DNA of 64,000 bases from Vermamoeba vermiformis. Its lineage: Eukaryota. The stretch lies in contig JBEWZL010000127.1 of NCBI GenBank assembly GCA_045837725.1, positions 1-64,000 on the forward strand, written 5' to 3'. Below, in pieces: positions 1 to 13,766 of this stretch (its first letter is position 1; every line of letters starts with the position of its first letter). The position numbers and the translations under genes were made by a program. The notes under the pieces were generated by a model that did no database searches, was not told the DNA's origin, and worked only from the letters and a program-made list of their open reading frames with translations.

Positions 1-1149
1 GCTGATGGCAAAGAAGAGACTGCACGAGTGCGCACTGAAGCGCTGATCATGGAAGAGCGCATGATCGAGGCCTTAGGACAACTCGTGCTGATTACTGAAC
101 TGCTATTAGTACGCATCGATGCGATAGGCATGAACGAGTGAGTATAGGCCCTCATTGCTATAGACGCGTGCTGACAGTACCGCAGACAAGTGCCACCAGA
201 TCTGCACGAGCCAGTCAGCTCTGTTATCTTCGCTGCCCCTCGCGTGGACGTCAAAGAGCTCAAGCTGGTACGTACCTGCAGTATATACATAGGGGTGCTA
301 ATTAATGTGCGCAGCTGAGTCGCAATCTGAGCAACAAGTACGGCAAGGAGTACAGCGAGAGTGCCGCGAGCAATCGAGAGCAGCAAGTGAATGCACAGCT
401 CGCGCGGCACCTGGCACTCGATCGACCCAAGCACTCGCAGATATACAAGGTGCGTGCTGATGTGTGCGTGTGTGAGTGGCACTGACCAGACACAGGTGAT
501 GCGTGCTGCGTGTGACACGTATCAGATCGAGTGGAATGACCAGCACTTCACGGAACTCATCGCGCAAGTCGAGGGACCCAGTGCCCTGGTTGAGAGCGAG
601 GACAAGCAGGCACGTGATCAGAGTGCACCACGTGATCAAGAGGACGAGCACAGTGCGGACGAGGACGCGTTGATGGCAGAGTTGAATGCCTATCAGAGCA
701 CGCGCAGTGACACGCGTCAAAGTGCGGTCGACACGAGTGACTTGCCTGACGTGCCCGAGCCTGACTTTGACGAGCCCGAGCACGTGCCTGTCAGCAAGAA
801 ACAGGTCAGTCCACCCACCAGTGGTCCCAGCAGCACGAGTTCGCGACAATCCACGCGCACCACTGCAAACACCGCAGTGACACCTGTCAAACCGAGTCCC
901 GAAGAAGACATTGATCTGTTCGCGTCAAATTTCCCGCAAATTCCGTCGACCAAGACCAGCCCTGGTGCGCGCTCAGTGAGTGGCGCGAACACAGCCAACA
1001 ACACGAATGTGATCGAGGAGGACGAGCACGATCTCGAGGCCAAGCTGCCACGTGTCAAGACGGATCCACGTGACAAGAAGCGCGACTCGGGGGCCGGACT
1101 GAACGACGACGATTTGATGGCCCGATTTCAAGCCCTGAAGAAGAAGTGA
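1..1149 (+). CDS. IST1: IST1-like ESCRT-III-associated regulator of Vps4 (5' truncated, multi-exon)
   Basis: Spliced translation gives ..ETARVRTEALIMEE..ELLLVRI..VPPDLHEPVSSVIFAAPRVDVKEL.. and a C-terminal MIM-like DDDLMARFQALKKK*. Confidence 0.85.
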
Positions 1150-1291
1150 TTGCTGTCCATTTGCGGTGATCGATCGGCAGTGCTGCGTGGCGCCACTTGC
1201 CTTATTTGTACATAACTGTATAAAGTTGATAAAATTCCGGTAGCGTATTTACACGCGTCATCGATCCAACACAACCACATCAAATATAAAT

Positions 1292-3058
1292 ATGGAGCAG
1301 AATGAACGCATGTCTCGGCTAGACGCAGGTATGCAATCGAGTGATAGCGGATGTGGCTAGCTAGCTTAACCCATCTAGGTTGACACGTCAATTTTCATTA
1401 GAAATTTGCGTGTAATGACGCAATACAATTTTTAAAATTTAGGCATGCTATTTTTCACCCTAAGCCACGCACAATTGTAATATTAATTATTTTTTTCAAT
1501 TTCGAAAAAGATTTTTTCACCAAGAATCTGCACTACGCGAGCACCTATTGGGAGGAGCACAGTGAAAACTTCAAAGAAATGGTGCAAAAATTAATGACAG
1601 AAGACACACTGGACAAAGTGGGAGGCAATGCGAGTGTAATGGTGCTGACGTTCAATCAGAAGACGGGCTGGATCGAGCAGCAGTACAACACCGACATCAA
1701 CACCGAGGCCTATTCCAAACTGCGCGCAGAGATCAACAAGGACAAGCTCTATTTGTGGCGCATCATGGAGGCCTATTTCGATGCCCTGCACCGTCAGCGC
1801 GCGACCTTTGTGCAGGTGAGTGGTGGTCGCAATGCCGCAGATCTGAAGAACAGTCCCGAACTGCTCAGCATCAAGCGCGTATTCAGTTCGGACCAGTACG
1901 ACGACTCCAAGCTCGCGCCTTTCGCTGCGCAGTTGTTGCCCGCGCAGTACAGCGTGGAGCAGTGTCGCGCCAATTTCTATCCGCCGCTGCTGCTGCTGTG
2001 GCTGCGCTACTTGGACATTTACGACCGCGCGGTGCAAGGCCTGCCCGTGCAAGTGCTGCTGCATCGCCTGCAACACCCGACTGTGCACAAACCTCCGCCC
2101 AAGGACGAGAAGGAACAGCTCATGCAAGAGCTCGGCAATCAGATCGCGCAGGGTGAGTGCTATTTTTAGCGCCGTGTGTGCCCGTGTATACTGACAGGGT
2201 GACAGCATTCGGCAAGAAAGAGTTCTGGGACAACAGATACGCTGGCCTGTCCCTCGCCTCGCCAGCCTACGAGTGGTACATTGCCTGGCCACACATTCAA
2301 CAGTTGCTCGTGCAGCACGTGCCGCTCTTCAGTGCCACGCACCAGGGCTCCACTCCACTGCGCGTCATGGATCTCGGATGTGGCAACAGCACTCTCGCGT
2401 AAGTACCTAATTAGGCTATGCATTGATCAATATCTCCTTCTCATCTCCGCCGTTCAGTGAACAGCTGTGGCAGGAGTACGGCACGACAGCACCGCTCAGC
2501 GAGGTATACGCCATAGACTTCTGCGACCGCGTCATTCAACTCATGCGCGCACGTCAATCAGCGCAGTCACGTGATCACGTGCACTATCTCATCGCGGAAG
2601 CACGTGATCTCACAAAGTTCTACGTGCCGGAACAATTCGTCGCGCCACCGAGTGGTGACAGCATGGAGGCGAAGATGGAGGCCCTCAAACTGAGCAAGAA
2701 TGTCGCGCGCACTGAGCACGTGATCGGAGATTTGAGTGGAACACTTCACTTGGCGATCGACAAAGGCACCCTGGACTGCATCATTTGCAGCCCTGAAGGC
2801 ATTGCAAGTATTGAGCGCTATTTTAAGGAGGTGTCGCGTCTGCTCGTCCCTGGCGGCTACTTTGTGCTCATCTCGTGCGCCATCAACAAGGAACGCACCT
2901 CATTGGTCGACGCACCCAAAAAGTACAACTGGCAAGTGCAGCACGTGATCGAGCAGACTGTCGTGCAGCAGCCTGATCCCATCGCCGCTGTGGACCCGAG
3001 TGCGAGTCAGAAGCCTGTGGAGAAGACTATCTTCACCATCATTGTAAAGAAGTTGTAA
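1292..3058 (+). CDS. Class I SAM methyltransferase (METTL13/EEF1AKMT4-like) with a long unrecognised N-terminal region
   Basis: Motifs FGKKEFWDNRY, YEWY, MDLGCGNSTLA, AIDKGTLDCI and RLLVPGGYFV. Introns at about 2153-2198 and 2399-2457. The 5' exon at 1292-1328 joins in frame via an intron to 1510, but the start is uncertain (1579 is an alternative). Confidence 0.75.
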
Positions 3059-3163
3059 TAAAGTATTTATTGGTCTTTGCACGTCGATTGGGAGTTCTGA
3101 TCTCAGCCAAAAACACTTGTCAGCAGTAGCTGTTAGAATCATCTTTTAACACGAACAAACACA

Positions 3164-3858
3164 ATGGTAAGTAGTTCATAACAATAGTATGAACGAAGCA
3201 CTGACAGACTGATAAAGGACGACGATCCTGAATTGGAAGCCATCCGTCAAAAGCGATTGGCAGAACTTCAAGCAAAGATGGTGCGTGTAATGAATACTAC
3301 GTAATAATCAATATCTAATGGACAATAGGGAGGTCAAGGACCGAATCCCCAACAAATGAAACAAGCTGAAGCTCAAAGGTAAAATAAAAAATAATTACTA
3401 ATAATTATTCAGCGCTATGCACGGCAGTACTCAATGTATATTATAATTGATATTGTATTAATATGAATTTTAAATTCAAGACAAGCCGGAGAAGAACGAC
3501 GACAGATGATCCTGTCGCAACTCTTGACTGGCGCTGCACGAGAGCGATGTATGTAGTGTCTGCTTGCTGGATCCAAATAACTCATTGCAATACTCATACC
3601 ATCGCTAGTGAGTCGCGTCGCACTTGTCAAGCCCGAGAAAGCACGCGGTGTCGAAGATCTGATCATCTCCGCAGCACAGCGCGGTCAAGTGAACACTGTG
3701 GATGAGCCACAACTGATCAGTCTGCTCGAACAGATCAAAGACAAGGAGCAGAAGGAGCAGACAAAGGTCACGGTACGTACCTCGCAGGCATCACTAGCAG
3801 CACTGACCATCGAGTGCAGATCCAGCGCAAGAAGATCTGGGACGATGACGACGATTAA
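3164..3858 (+). CDS. PDCD5: Programmed cell death protein 5 (multi-exon)
   Basis: Exons give DDDPELEAIRQKRLAELQ, RRQMILSQLLTGAARER, SRVALVKPEKARGVEDLII and IQRKKIWDDDDD*. Confidence 0.9.
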
Positions 3859-4045
3859 TACTACGAGCTGTAATTATAAGAGTACAGTGCTCGCAGTGAT
3901 GTGCATAGTGCGATAAACGGGTTATATTACCACCTGATAAACGATTATTCCGCAAATATGATCTATTTTTAGACTATGTACATGCGATTCCAAAAATGGT
4001 ATGGTACAACTATAAACAAAATTGGCAGCAATCACGTGATCGCGA

Positions 4046-7000
4046 CTACTGCGTGTAATTGACAGGTGTCGCAGTGCCACTGTTGTTCGCAGATTCAGCG
4101 GCAGATTTGGCTTTGAGTGTCATCTTGCGCAGACACTTGGGACAGTTGCCACTGACCAGCGCAAAGCAGTGTCGATGATAGACGGACTTGCACTTGACGC
4201 ACAGCGCGATCTTGTCCAGCTGAAAGGGGAACAGCACTTCTTTGCGGTTGTTGCAAATGTCGCAAATGTGTCCCTGACCACGACACAGCGGACATTGCCG
4301 CGTCACGTGCACGATGAATTGTTCCATCAACTTGTACATAAATGGCAACAACACGCCTGTGCGCACCTCCATCAAGTCTTTCAGTGAATACACGTGCAGC
4401 TGTTGCAACAAGTGCAAGCGAGACTGTGGCTCCGTTAGTTGATTGCCTTATTTGGTAATTGTTTGCATACCTGCAAAGATATGACGACAGGAGCGCAGTG
4501 TTTGCAGCGCAGCACGTACTCGGAGAGGGGGATCATTTGTCGCCGCAATTTCTGATGCATCAATGGTGAGTCACGCGCGTCAGAACAGCACAGTGCTCGG
4601 TACTTACGCGCAGCTGATTGAGTGCGGTGACCCAGTCGTAGAGCTGTGGATTGTTGACACCGACATTGATGATGGGGTCGTCAAAGTGCGAGTCAATGTG
4701 TCGCTTGGCTGCAGTGCACACCGAGTACTCCCTGAAGTCCCAGTGATGCACCACGCGTGCGGGGATGATGGCGCGCTTCTTGCTGTGACACTCGCTGCAG
4801 TAGTAGCCGCCCGTGTAGTGACAGTAGCGCACTGTCTTGAAGAAGCCGCTGGACAGCTGACGTCCGCAGCCAGCACAGCGCGATGCAGTGGTGAGCGGTG
4901 CTTTGACAGGCTGATCGAGTATGAAGGACTGGTCGTCAATGTTGATGAACATGGGCATCGAGTTGTAGTCGCGCTCGCTGAGCTGACGAGTGATCACGCG
5001 CTCATCGAACAGCTCTTTCTCGTCATCGGCTGCTGTCTTGTGCACCACATCGTGACTGTCGTCCTCTGCTATGAATAAAAAGCCTATTTTGGGCTGATAA
5101 TCATCTATCACACGCGATTGCAAGATGTAGCCCAGATTGGACTTGACATCACGTGCTGGCTCTTTCTCTGGACTGGCAAGTGGCACGGGATATGTCAACA
5201 TGCGCGTCAGTTCCGCGCTCGGATTGATGATCTGCGCTGTCAGCTCATCGTCCACTGACTCGGAAATTTCCGTCGTGTCGTCAGGAGATTGTTCGAGCTG
5301 CGAATTCGCTGCTAGCGGCGTGTCAGTCGATGGCAAAGTGCCACTCACACTGGTGTTCAGCTCATCACGTGACTCATCGTGCCAGTGACGATCTCCCAGG
5401 GCTTGTTCTACTTGTTGCAGCAGCTGATCGTGCTCGCGCATCATTGAGTCTATATTTAGCAACATGTCACCTGCTGTGCTGTCCGTGTCACCCACTGATG
5501 ACGCGGCATCGCTGTGCATGTCATCAGTCACGTGATCAATGACTTCAGGCACGTGATTGCTGTCAGTGATTTGGGACTCGTTGTTCACTGAATTTTCTTG
5601 TCGGTCATCGTGTGTCACGTGCTCGTTATTACCATTCGGTTCATCACGTGATGTTTGATCTCGGGTCGGAGATTGTGCAAGATCACGTGATCGTCGCGCA
5701 TGCCGCTCTTCAACGACATGTCCGTTCGGTGAATCAGTGTCGAGTGCCACCACGCGCTTGACTGGTCTGCGTCGCTTGCCAGCACGCTTGTCCTGTCCGA
5801 ACAAGTTCACTTCTACCAGGGCCTCGTCTCGCACGCGCTGATAATAGTCCTCGAGGTCGAGGCGCTGCTGTTCGAGACGCAGCTTGAAGGTCAGTGGCTT
5901 CACTGCGCGCAACAGCACCAGCAATATCTCCGCTGCTCGAGATTGCGTCACGAGCGCATTCAGTGAAAAGAACTGGCTCATCTGTTCGTGCGGTGTGTCA
6001 ATCAGGGCGCGGAACAATTCATCCAACAATTGCTGATTGGCTGCTTCAAACAGCGCAGCGCGAAAATAGCCTAATTTGGAGCGAATAGTGACAGGTCCGA
6101 TGGTGTCACCTGTCACTTCTGTCACGTGCTCGGGATCATCGGAGAAATTGACCGCTTCAATGAGAGCACGCACGCGCGCGATGAATTCGCGTCCACGTGA
6201 CCAGTGCAGTTCGAGCAGTGCCACCCAGTCCCACAACTGACTCGCGGCACCTGTCAGTCCTTGACGCGCGATCACTTCGAGCTGTTGGAGCAGGGACACA
6301 CCGCGCTGCGTGTAGATGGGCAGCGGATTGACGGCGTGTTCCTCGAGCAGGGCTGCAATTTCCTTATATAGTTCGTAGAGCAGTTCGCGATCACGACTGC
6401 TGATGCTGCTGTCACTCGTCAACAGCGCGGGCACGTGACTGAACTCCACGCTGGACTGCGCGGCATCCTCGACGGGAGATTGCGCGTAGATTTCTTTGGG
6501 AGAATCGAGTTGTTCCGAGCTCGGTGCGGACTCTCGACCAGGGCTCGGAACTTCTTCCTCGTCTGGCAAGATGACAGGTGGTCGTGTGGGACTGTTTGAC
6601 AGGTGTCAGTGCCCTCCGCAGAACTATATACATCGTGTCCCTATGAGACCAGTACGTACATCATGGGCTGCGCGAGCCAGTACTTCTCTTGATTCAGCTG
6701 CGGATCTTTGAGTTTGAGACTGAAGTTGACGGGGCTAATGCTCTCCAACAGCGATATGAACAGATTGCGCTCATCTTCATTGCGCAATAGTGCATAGTCT
6801 TGATAATGCGACTCGGTCAGTTCTGGATGCCACACCAAGGACTGGATGTACTCGGCCAAACAGTTGTTGTTCAGCGCGTACCGTACAAATATACGCGCAC
6901 GACCCTCTGCAGACTGACCGACAGTTCTGCACAGCACAAGTCACTATTAATAGGTGCACAGAGAGAGTGGTTCGTTACGTACTTGATTTCATCGATTAAC

Positions 7001-7481
7001 TGCGCGACATGAGGGCCAGGCAGACACTCTTCAAGATGCGACAAGTAGTCCCACACTGTCTTGCGCGAGAACAGTCCCTCTAATAGGCTCATATGTCAGT
7101 CGAGTTCTCGCGTTGTTGCATTAAATTCAAATAAATCGATAGTTAATTTACATCAATATTCACAATAAGAGTGAGCTGTTCCTACACGAGTATATTGATC
7201 GGCCATCACAATTGTGATATATTAATAATATAATAAAAATTTCAGCTGACCTTTCAAGCCGTGCGAGAGAATTTTCTCGATCGCGAAGCAGAGACGATTG
7301 ACATTAGCGTCAGCCGTAAAGGGTGCATTGATGCGTCGTGTCTTGTAGTAATTGACCCATTCAAATATGTCGTGCAAGGCCTGACGGAGCTCATCTAATA
7401 GCCCCTTGGCAATAACTAGCAGGAGTTAATTATGAATGTGTGCTAGCAGCAGTGGATCTACGCACCTCGTTGTTGAGACAT
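4046..7481 (-). CDS. RUN-domain plus Rubicon-homology (PLEKHM1/DEF8-like) Cys-rich protein
   Basis: RUN-like GRARIFVRYALNNNCLAEYI..YQDYALLR. C-terminal CAGC..RYCHYTGGYYCSECH..IPARVVHHWDF and CPLCRGQGHICDIC..FPF..CPKC. Confidence 0.85.
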
Positions 7482-7596
7482 AGCTCCCTCGCTGGTGAGG
7501 AATCAGAGAGCAATATAGAGCTCTCTCGTGGTCTCACTCGCGTGTTCAATAAATGCACTCAGATCTGTTCGCTGTTATTTTTTACACACCCCAGCC

Positions 7597-7962
7597 ATGG
7601 CAACACAAATGATCAGGCACGGCTTTGCAGAGGCCGTAGTTATCTCCAAGAAGATGACCAAGACCGTCATGGTCAATGTCGATCGTGTCGTCAAGCACAA
7701 GAAGTACGGCGTCACGCGCAACATGACTTCCACGCTGATGGTGCACGATGAGCTGAATGAAGCAGTGCCTGGCGATAAAGTGCTTATTAGACAGACGATG
7801 CCCATTAGCAAGAACAAGCATTTCATAATTCACGATATTATCAGCAAATACAAACCAGCAGAATTTTTGCGACTGAATCCAGAGTTGAAACCAAAGGGCT
7901 ATGAACAAGCAAAACAAAGCACCAATATTAATAAGAAAAAACAAACTAAGACCAAGAAGTAA
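7597..7962 (+). CDS. MRPS17: Mitochondrial ribosomal protein uS17m (bacterial-type S17)
   Basis: VVISKKMTKTVMVNVDRVVKHKKY..VHDE..GDKVLI..PISKNKHF. Confidence 0.9.
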   Translation: MATQMIRHGFAEAVVISKKMTKTVMVNVDRVVKHKKYGVTRNMTSTLMVHDELNEAVPGDKVLIRQTMPISKNKHFIIHDIISKYKPAEFLRLNPELKPKGYEQAKQSTNINKKKQTKTKK

Positions 7963-8086
7963 TAATGTCAATATTTATAATAAACTCAACACTCATGTAA
8001 TTATCCAAATAATTTAACAAATGTTTTTATTTAGATGCAGCTAGATAATCGACAAATATACATTATTGCAACATATAATACAGCCA

Positions 8087-9242
8087 CTATTTTTTAAAAG
8101 GATTATTGAATACATTTTGGAACTCAAACCCACACGAAGTCAAGATTTGGGCCGTGGCTTGCTTCGTGTCTGTCGTGGGCAGTGCGAAGTCAAACCAGTG
8201 CGTGAGAGGCACTGAGTGCGCAGAGGGTTCATATTTAACTTTAATAGGGCTCTCATGCAGCTCTTGCAGTCGTGCATTCAGCGTGGCCAAGTGCTGCTGA
8301 TCCAACTCGCGGAACTGAGCCCGGATGTGCTGCGCGAGAGTGAGTACGACAAGTGGATAGAAGCAGTAGTATGTACCTGCATAGGGCTCTCACTATCAGC
8401 ATTGCGTTCAGCCAAGCGTTCGAGTTGTCGGATCGGATCTGAGTGACACATGAGCAGTGTCGGGGACCAGTGCTGTACACGGTGAGTACGATGAGCTAAG
8501 TGTCTGGTATATACGTATATATATATACACCTACCTGCAGTAGTTCGAGGGCGAGAGATTGGGCCCAATCATGACCGTGCAGCACTGGACTCAGCGGGGA
8601 ACGGTGTACGAAGAGCACATCTGACTTGTACTGCTCGGGTGCGCGCTGTGGGCCTGCGTCAGTACACTAGTGCACATATTGTACATCTCGTACATACCTG
8701 ATATTGCACTTGGTGCGTATCTAAGGCACGCACAAAGTCACTGAGCCATGCAAGAGATGTGGCTGCGGTGAGTGGTGAGAACAGCGCAGAGTGTGGGGTG
8801 GTATATATAGATGATATAGAAGATGTAGAGGTAGCGTCTGATGAGGACATGCGCGCGCAGTGATCGAGATAAGTCTGAACATGAACTTTAAAGCCCATCT
8901 GACAGATCCACCGATCAGTAATGCAGATAGATACGGCAGTAATTTTAATATATAATATATGCTTACCTTATTCAATCGCCACAGCACTCCTTGCTTGCCA
9001 GTGCCCGGCAGTCCCTCTAAAAATATGAAGTGCAATTGCCCTCTCGCACGATTGAACTTCCGCTTGTTCACCACTGTCGCTGATTGGCTGAAGAAGTTGT
9101 GCAGTGACGGTGTGGCTGCAGTGCGCGCAGTAGTGTGCGTGCTCGTGCTCGCATCTGTCACTTCACTCTCGCGCAGTCGCGTGGTGTAGCGGCGCTGAAT
9201 GCTAAGCGGGCGTACTACAGTGCGCGCTAGTGCGGTGTACAT
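8087..9242 (-). CDS. P-loop nucleoside/nucleotide kinase-like protein, probably mitochondrial (multi-exon)
   Basis: Arg/Thr-rich presequence-like N-terminus, Walker A FLEGLPGTGK, and a spliced exon with VLFVHRSPLS resembling the DRS motif of dNK/TMPK-like kinases. Confidence 0.55.
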
Positions 9243-9451
9243 GAGTGCTGCGATACTGTCCTGCACTGCCACCTCTCGCCCCCTCCTCACCCGCACTCTC
9301 TACCAGGGCTGCCACGTCACTGCCGCATTTTTCCAGCGCAGCAGTGAGCTCACCAGTCAGTTGTTGCATTTGTTGCGTGTAGTAACAACATATCTACTGC
9401 TACTACTTGCTATCAACAGTCTCGTACTACTGCACTAACCATTATCGCGAT

Positions 9452-11484
<2,033 letters not shown>

Positions 11485-11677
11485 GCACTGGTCGATGAGC
11501 ACTCTAGATCCGCCACCTAATCGCTGATGTACATCACTCACTGTTTAAAATCAATTTTGTAATAAAAACTCGAATATAATAAAAACCTTTAAAAATGACC
11601 TGCAGCCCTTTTGTGCCGTGCATTTACTTGCTGCGAGTACAATGGAAGTGACACTAGTGCGTATATATTACATGAGT

Positions 11678-12537
11678 TCACGTGCGCAGCCAAGGATTAG
11701 CTCGCTCCACCGCGCTGTGATACGAAGTGAGCAGTTGTTGTCGCACGTACGACACATCTTCTGCATCGAGAGCACTGCGCGCAATCAGAAACAGGGGCAC
11801 TAGTAGCGCTAATAATAGCCGATCAATGGTCATGCTTGGTACTGTCCACAGCACGAGCACTGAGGCGAGCAGATGTGGGTGACGCATATGAGTGTAGAGG
11901 CGTCGAGTGGCATCAGTCTTGTCCTCGAGGGGCGTAGTCTTCGTATTGAGTATATAGTGATAATAGAGATGCTTCACGCCACTCATTTCAAAGTGGTCAA
12001 AGAAGAAGGTTTGTACGACGAGCAACATCCAGCCAAACAGATGTGTCCAGTGCAATATTGTTGCCACCGAACTGCGTGGTTTGGCCCATAGTGTCCATAA
12101 TGTCGTTGGTGTCCACAGCAGCATGACGATCTGGTCAGATATTCATTAGATACTAAGCCCGCCAAAACTAAACAATAAACACGCGCAGTACCTCGATGAG
12201 AATGAGTGCGCATATGACGCGAATAGGCTGCTTGAAGAGCGCGGTGGAGAGTTGTTCTGTTTGGGTGGTTGCTCGATCGAACAGCGCCACGGCTACACGT
12301 AATAGCAGCAGATCGAGTGCGAGTGGCGCAATAAACTGCGAGACCATCGTGCTTATACTAACAGTGCCTAGTGTAGCGGTGGTAATTTGACGCGCAAGTA
12401 ACTGCCATCCACTGCTGCAGGGGCACGGTGAGGCTGTTGAGTTGTGGCTCGCTTGTCAGCCACCGAGCACAGTGCGCAGCTGTTAATAGCAAGGCTGCAT
12501 ATAGAGGCAGTGCGTATAATACGAATAACAGCCGCAT
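11678..12537 (-). CDS. NRM: Nurim / MddA-family membrane protein
   Basis: PLALDLLLL, FDHFEMSGVKHLYY, LYTHMRHP, WTVPSMTIDRLLLA and LDAEDVSYVRQQL. The N-terminal part (MRLLFVLYAL..) joins only with a 1-nt shift in the G run at 12420-12423 or a weak intron. Confidence 0.75.
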
Positions 12538-12681
12538 TGATGGTGTTCAGCTGCACGAGCAATAAAATAAAGAATGAAGTCCACGAGCGCAGTCTTCGTG
12601 ACGTGTTCGAGTGAACAACACTGATCAGTTCAATTGACTGAGCTATAGTTATTATATTGCATATTAGTTGAAACCAGCACA

Positions 12682-13666
12682 ATGAGTTGGGGTGAGTATG
12701 GCAGATCTGTTTTCAGCAGTTAATTAATTCTCAACATTATATTATTCAAATATAATGTTATTTCTACCATAAATTATTATTCATTAATGCACCACAATAA
12801 ATTGTTATTTTTAAATTGTTGTTAATTTGTTGCGACGTGATCCGATCTAATTAACAAATTCGCAGAGGACGCTGATTTTGATGACTTCAAGCCCGCTAAG
12901 GATACACCTATCGTAGCCAATCAATGGGACGATGAAGACAAACCAGATCTGAATATTGAGAAAGAGTCTTGGGAAGATGAAGACAAGCCAGATCCAACAC
13001 CCAACCCCACACCCAAACCCAATCCTCCAGCCAAGAAGAAGAAGTCACAAATGCGCAAAGACCAATTAAAAGCAGCTGAAGACGACAAAGTGGTGCCGCT
13101 CTCGAACGAAGAGAAGCTGCGTCGTCGCGAGATGGAGGAGAAAGCAGATTTCGAACACACCAAGTCACTGCTGGGCTTGGAGGGCGAAGAGGAGAACGGC
13201 AAGAAGGGTCGCACTGACTTGGAGCTCTCTGACCTCTCCGTCGTGGTGCCTGTCAAAGCTGAGCCTGTGGCAGTCGATCTGTCCTCGCTGAGTCTGAAGA
13301 GCAGCGCTGGATCTGAAAAAGAATTCGATCAAATTGCGCAACAAGTCGCTGGCAAGTTGACGGGATTCAGCAACAACACGCACTATCCTTATTTGGTCAA
13401 AGCACTGCTCAAACAGCTCACGCACGCGATGGATGCAGAAGAAGTGCGCGAAGTGGGCAAGAGCGTCGATTTGATCTACAACGAGAAGGTCAAGCAGCGC
13501 AAGGGTGGCAAGGTTACTAAAAAAGGTAATGTCGATCGATTAGGTGCACCGGCAAGCGATACTAACACGTGTGACAGCAACGACTGCAAAGAAAGCAGTT
13601 AATTTGGGCCGCGAGTCCCTGGCGAATGACGAAGAAGTGTTTGACGAGGCCAGTGACTTTATGTAA
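12682..13666 (+). CDS. EIF3J: Translation initiation factor eIF3 subunit J
   Basis: MSWED.., QWDDED..KESWEDED, EEKLRRREMEEKADFEHTKSLLG, and a C-terminal DFM*. Confidence 0.9.
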
Positions 13667-13766
13667 CGCGTTAGAGCATATAAATCTGTTTCAATAATAC
13701 CTGTATCTGTGCGCTAATTACCGGCCATTTTATTCGGAGAATATGTACAAATAAGGCAATGCCTCG

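Noticed and set aside
12410-12430. Apparent 1-nt frameshift in nurim (and possibly in Lsm11 near 58110) as programmed frameshifting or editing
   Set aside because: The nurim shift lies in a homopolymer run and Lsm11 has alternative in-frame acceptors. An assembly indel or splicing is more parsimonious; read data are needed.
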